Shown here one piece after another: positions 60,768 to 64,000 of a DNA stretch of 64,000 bases. Source of the stretch: Phoronis australis (taxonomy: Eukaryota; Animalia; Phoronida); contig NMRA01000642.1 in the NCBI GenBank assembly GCA_002633005.1, positions 159,285 to 223,284 on the forward strand, in the 5' to 3' direction. A model generated the notes under the pieces. The model did no database searches. It was not told where the DNA came from and saw only the letters and a program-made list of their open reading frames with translations. Position 1 is the stretch's first letter, and every line of letters begins with the position of its first letter. A program made the position numbers and the translations under genes.

Positions 60768-63700
60768 TAATTGTGCTGACAGTTTGCCTGTATCCATACT
60801 AAAACTGTGTTCTCTCTGTGTTACTCAAATTCCACTACATTCTTTGGGTTACTAAGATTACTCTGATAAGTGGTGGTGCACGCAAGTCATGTCGCTCCAT
60901 TGCGTTGCTTCAGCAGGGTACACGATAGAAGTTTGGATACTATCAGCAATGAGGCAGTAAATGCAATGTGCGTGATTCCATCTCCTGTAGGTGGTTAACC
61001 AAAGTCATTTTGAACAAAGATTTAAGGCTTTATTAAGTTAGGGTCAACAATTAATGGCGGCGAAAGTATGTTGGCCCAAAAATATACTCACACTTCACTA
61101 CAATGCCAGGAGGTCAAATTCGTTTCCCGTGGGTCAAATTCTGCGCCCGGACCTACTGTGCAGTTACACCTTGTAGTGTAAGTGAGTGCGTGAGCCATTG
61201 CGAGCTCTGTTTGCACAGAAATGACAAACGACTCAATTTTGGAGAATGAATTGATTGCGCAGGTCCACTGGAAACTAATAAACACATCAAAGTTGTGCAA
61301 AGACAATTCTTCCTTGGCCTGTTAGGAGTTGAATCCTCTTTCCCTTGCTCTTGGTGAATTACAAACCACTAATCCTGTTCCTAAATCAATAAAAATGCAT
61401 TTGCTGTCATTTGAATTTGTGAGTATACTTTTGGGACAACCTGTGGAACTGTCAAAATTTCGTCGACGATTGTCATTGAGAGTAATTTCAGATAGGCAAA
61501 AATCGTTAATCAATTATGCTATATGGGGATCGGACGATAAAGACTTTCTGAATTTCATCGTGCAGCTAAGTTCATTGAGGCACCATCTTTTATTACCATC
61601 AGTCGATTTCGGTAAGTACATCAACCTGGCAGAAAAATCTTGCATAAAAGGCATGCAAACCTTTTCTTTTATTGCAGATACTGTACACTAAATTGGTTGA
61701 AACTGTTCAGCGCTAAAATATCCCCACGTACTACTGCGAGGCGTGGTATTTTCATGCGTAGGATGTAAAAATGGTTCTCTGTAAAGTTTTGTTAGAGTTA
61801 CCTGCACAAACAGGTAGACGCGGTTGTGGAATGAGGTAGATTGACATTGCTGGTTAACAGACTCATTTGAGTAATTAAATACAAATAACAATCTTTGCCA
61901 AAAATACTTACTTCCTATCATAAATGTGGTCAATGGTACTTTTGTAAACATAATGTAATCAAAAGTATAAAAGAGTAAGAACTTTTTATCGAAGACGCGA
62001 ATCTATTGTCAAAATGTAAAAAGTGTGCGCATGCGCACAGAAGTGCTTGTGTTATGCTTTGTAATGTGGTCCAGTGGCCTGCCTTGTAACATGAAAAAAT
62101 TTATATTGCTGTAAATATGTTAAGTGGAAACAAAAAACGTGTTGTTTATCAAAACAGAATACTATAAGCAATTCTCGAAGTCATACAGATTTGTGACGCG
62201 CAACCGGAGGAACATAAAACTGGGCATCCCCTGGGATTTGGGAGTTCTTCCAAGAAAATGTTTGAGCTTTTTTTAACTTCACAGCTCGGGGACCCGTATA
62301 CGCCAAGGGGGACCGTCGGTGAGGAACACTTTCCCAACATTTTTATGCGTCCACAGGGTTCTTCTGTACGTTCGATTACTGCTAAAATCGCTGGACAGAT
62401 TTTGACAAAACTTCACAGAACAAATTTTTTAACAAAACGTTTGCCCAAATTATTATCAAAATAATGAGTTTAGCGAAATATGACGCAGAGACAACGTGGC
62501 AGAGATGCGTCAGCATCAGTCAATGTTCGTTCAACGTGACAGCAGTTCGAGGTGCAAACGTATTTTCTGTTGTGGTATGGTCTTCAGTGACGTAACTGTA
62601 TTGCTGGGTAGCCTACTTTATAACTTGCCATAGGAAGTGCATTTGAAGGAAATGCTCCTTTAAAGGCATATTGAGCCCTACTTCATTAAGCCCCAAATGT
62701 TCTTTAACAAATATCTTCACCAAGATATGTCCTTAATCTACACAAACTTTTGCTTAATCTACGCCTACACAGAAATGACGCACACACTACATTCATATGA
62801 GCATGGTAACCTCCAATAAAAACAAGTGTCCAAAGGCGGAAGTAAATCATATTTATTTCATCCTATTAGTAATCACAATCAACACTGAGGGGCTAATGGT
62901 GTCTAGGTGTTGCTGACGTCACAGAACACGATATGGAAAAGGCAAAGACTAAGAATTATTATCTGGGCAGCGTACATTGTATTCTATTGTGGCCTAAAAC
63001 AACTTGACGCTGAGAAGAATACCAAAATGTCACGACAAGTATTGACCTGAAAGTGATTTAAAATTTTCTTTTAGTTCAACTGACCTAAGCCAGAATCAAG
63101 ACTAAGCAATGTTGCTGTTCAACATGTTCAGAGATGAATGTATCTATATTGTACCTACAGGACTTTAACACAAGGAACAACAAGAATAAAGCTATAACAC
63201 CAATAGCGAAAATTACATGTAAGCAATCCATGTTGTAGGACTTGAAACTTGAAATGCAAAGGGTGGATAAACTAAACAAAGTTTTAAACATCAAAAGGTT
63301 AACAGAATCAAGGTCAGCTCCAATGCTAAACAAAGTATCAGGCAAGGTACATGTAAACACAGTCACTTCACTAACAGCAAACCACACCCTTTGAGTAACA
63401 TCACTCCTGCTTTAGTATTAAACTCCCTCTTCACACACTTCAAATGGAATCAAGTTAAAAGGGATTATGGGAAATATTGCCCCAATGTAGGATGCACATT
63501 ATTTTGTTGATATTTTAAAATTTTGTGGCATTGTTTTTCATTAATGGTCATTAGGACATGTGATGTGGCCACCAAGTGGCGTGCAGACCATACTTTTTAG
63601 GGGAAGAATACGAACAGCTTAAGGCAAAACAGTACTTGTCACTCTCTTGAAAAATGGAACACTAACATCTACTACCTGTTTTGATACGACTGCAAGCAGA

Positions 63701-64000
63701 GAATTGTGTCAAATTTTGAACTCATAGGGGAGCATTTTGAAGGAAAATAAGCAAGGATAACTGTTGCCATTAGATACTGTTGCTATAGGGAGGCTAGGAG
63801 TTCTCTGAGGTAACCATCCGGGTCTGTGATAGTTTCCAGAAGCCCTGCAAAATAAAGTAAGTTGTTCACAGATCATCTAAGGAAACAAACCCCAAAAATA
63901 TGGCCAATATCATGCAAATCAAGAACCAGGGAACTCAGTAATTGGCAAATGTACAGCCATGTAATGACCTCACTAGCAACATCTACTGCTAGACCATGTC

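Overview
AT-rich, repeat-dense genomic DNA from an animal, probably a marine invertebrate. It has GT-AG introns, many decayed transposons and two N gaps. Most ORFs in the supplied track are spurious. Reading splice sites by hand reconstructs one intact 12-exon gene on the + strand (24347-60767, about 626 aa) that the ORF track shows only in fragments. The protein has about six ankyrin repeats plus a cap, each on its own phase-0 exon, then a Pro-rich linker and a FAM111-like trypsin-fold serine protease with an intact His/Asp/Ser triad. Three ankyrin exons arose by recent tandem duplication of a ~657-bp exon+intron unit. They differ only at amino-acid-changing sites, mostly on the canonical ankyrin ligand-binding surface. 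This suggests a diversifying repeat sensor fused to a protease effector. Intron 7 holds a four-deep nest of a Helentron/DINE-like non-autonomous element. The rest of the window is mobile-element debris: a LINE RNase H fragment, L2/CR1-type LINE tails, a Gypsy 3' end with its LTR, a Sola3-like element, THAP-bearing DNA transposon remnants and MITEs.
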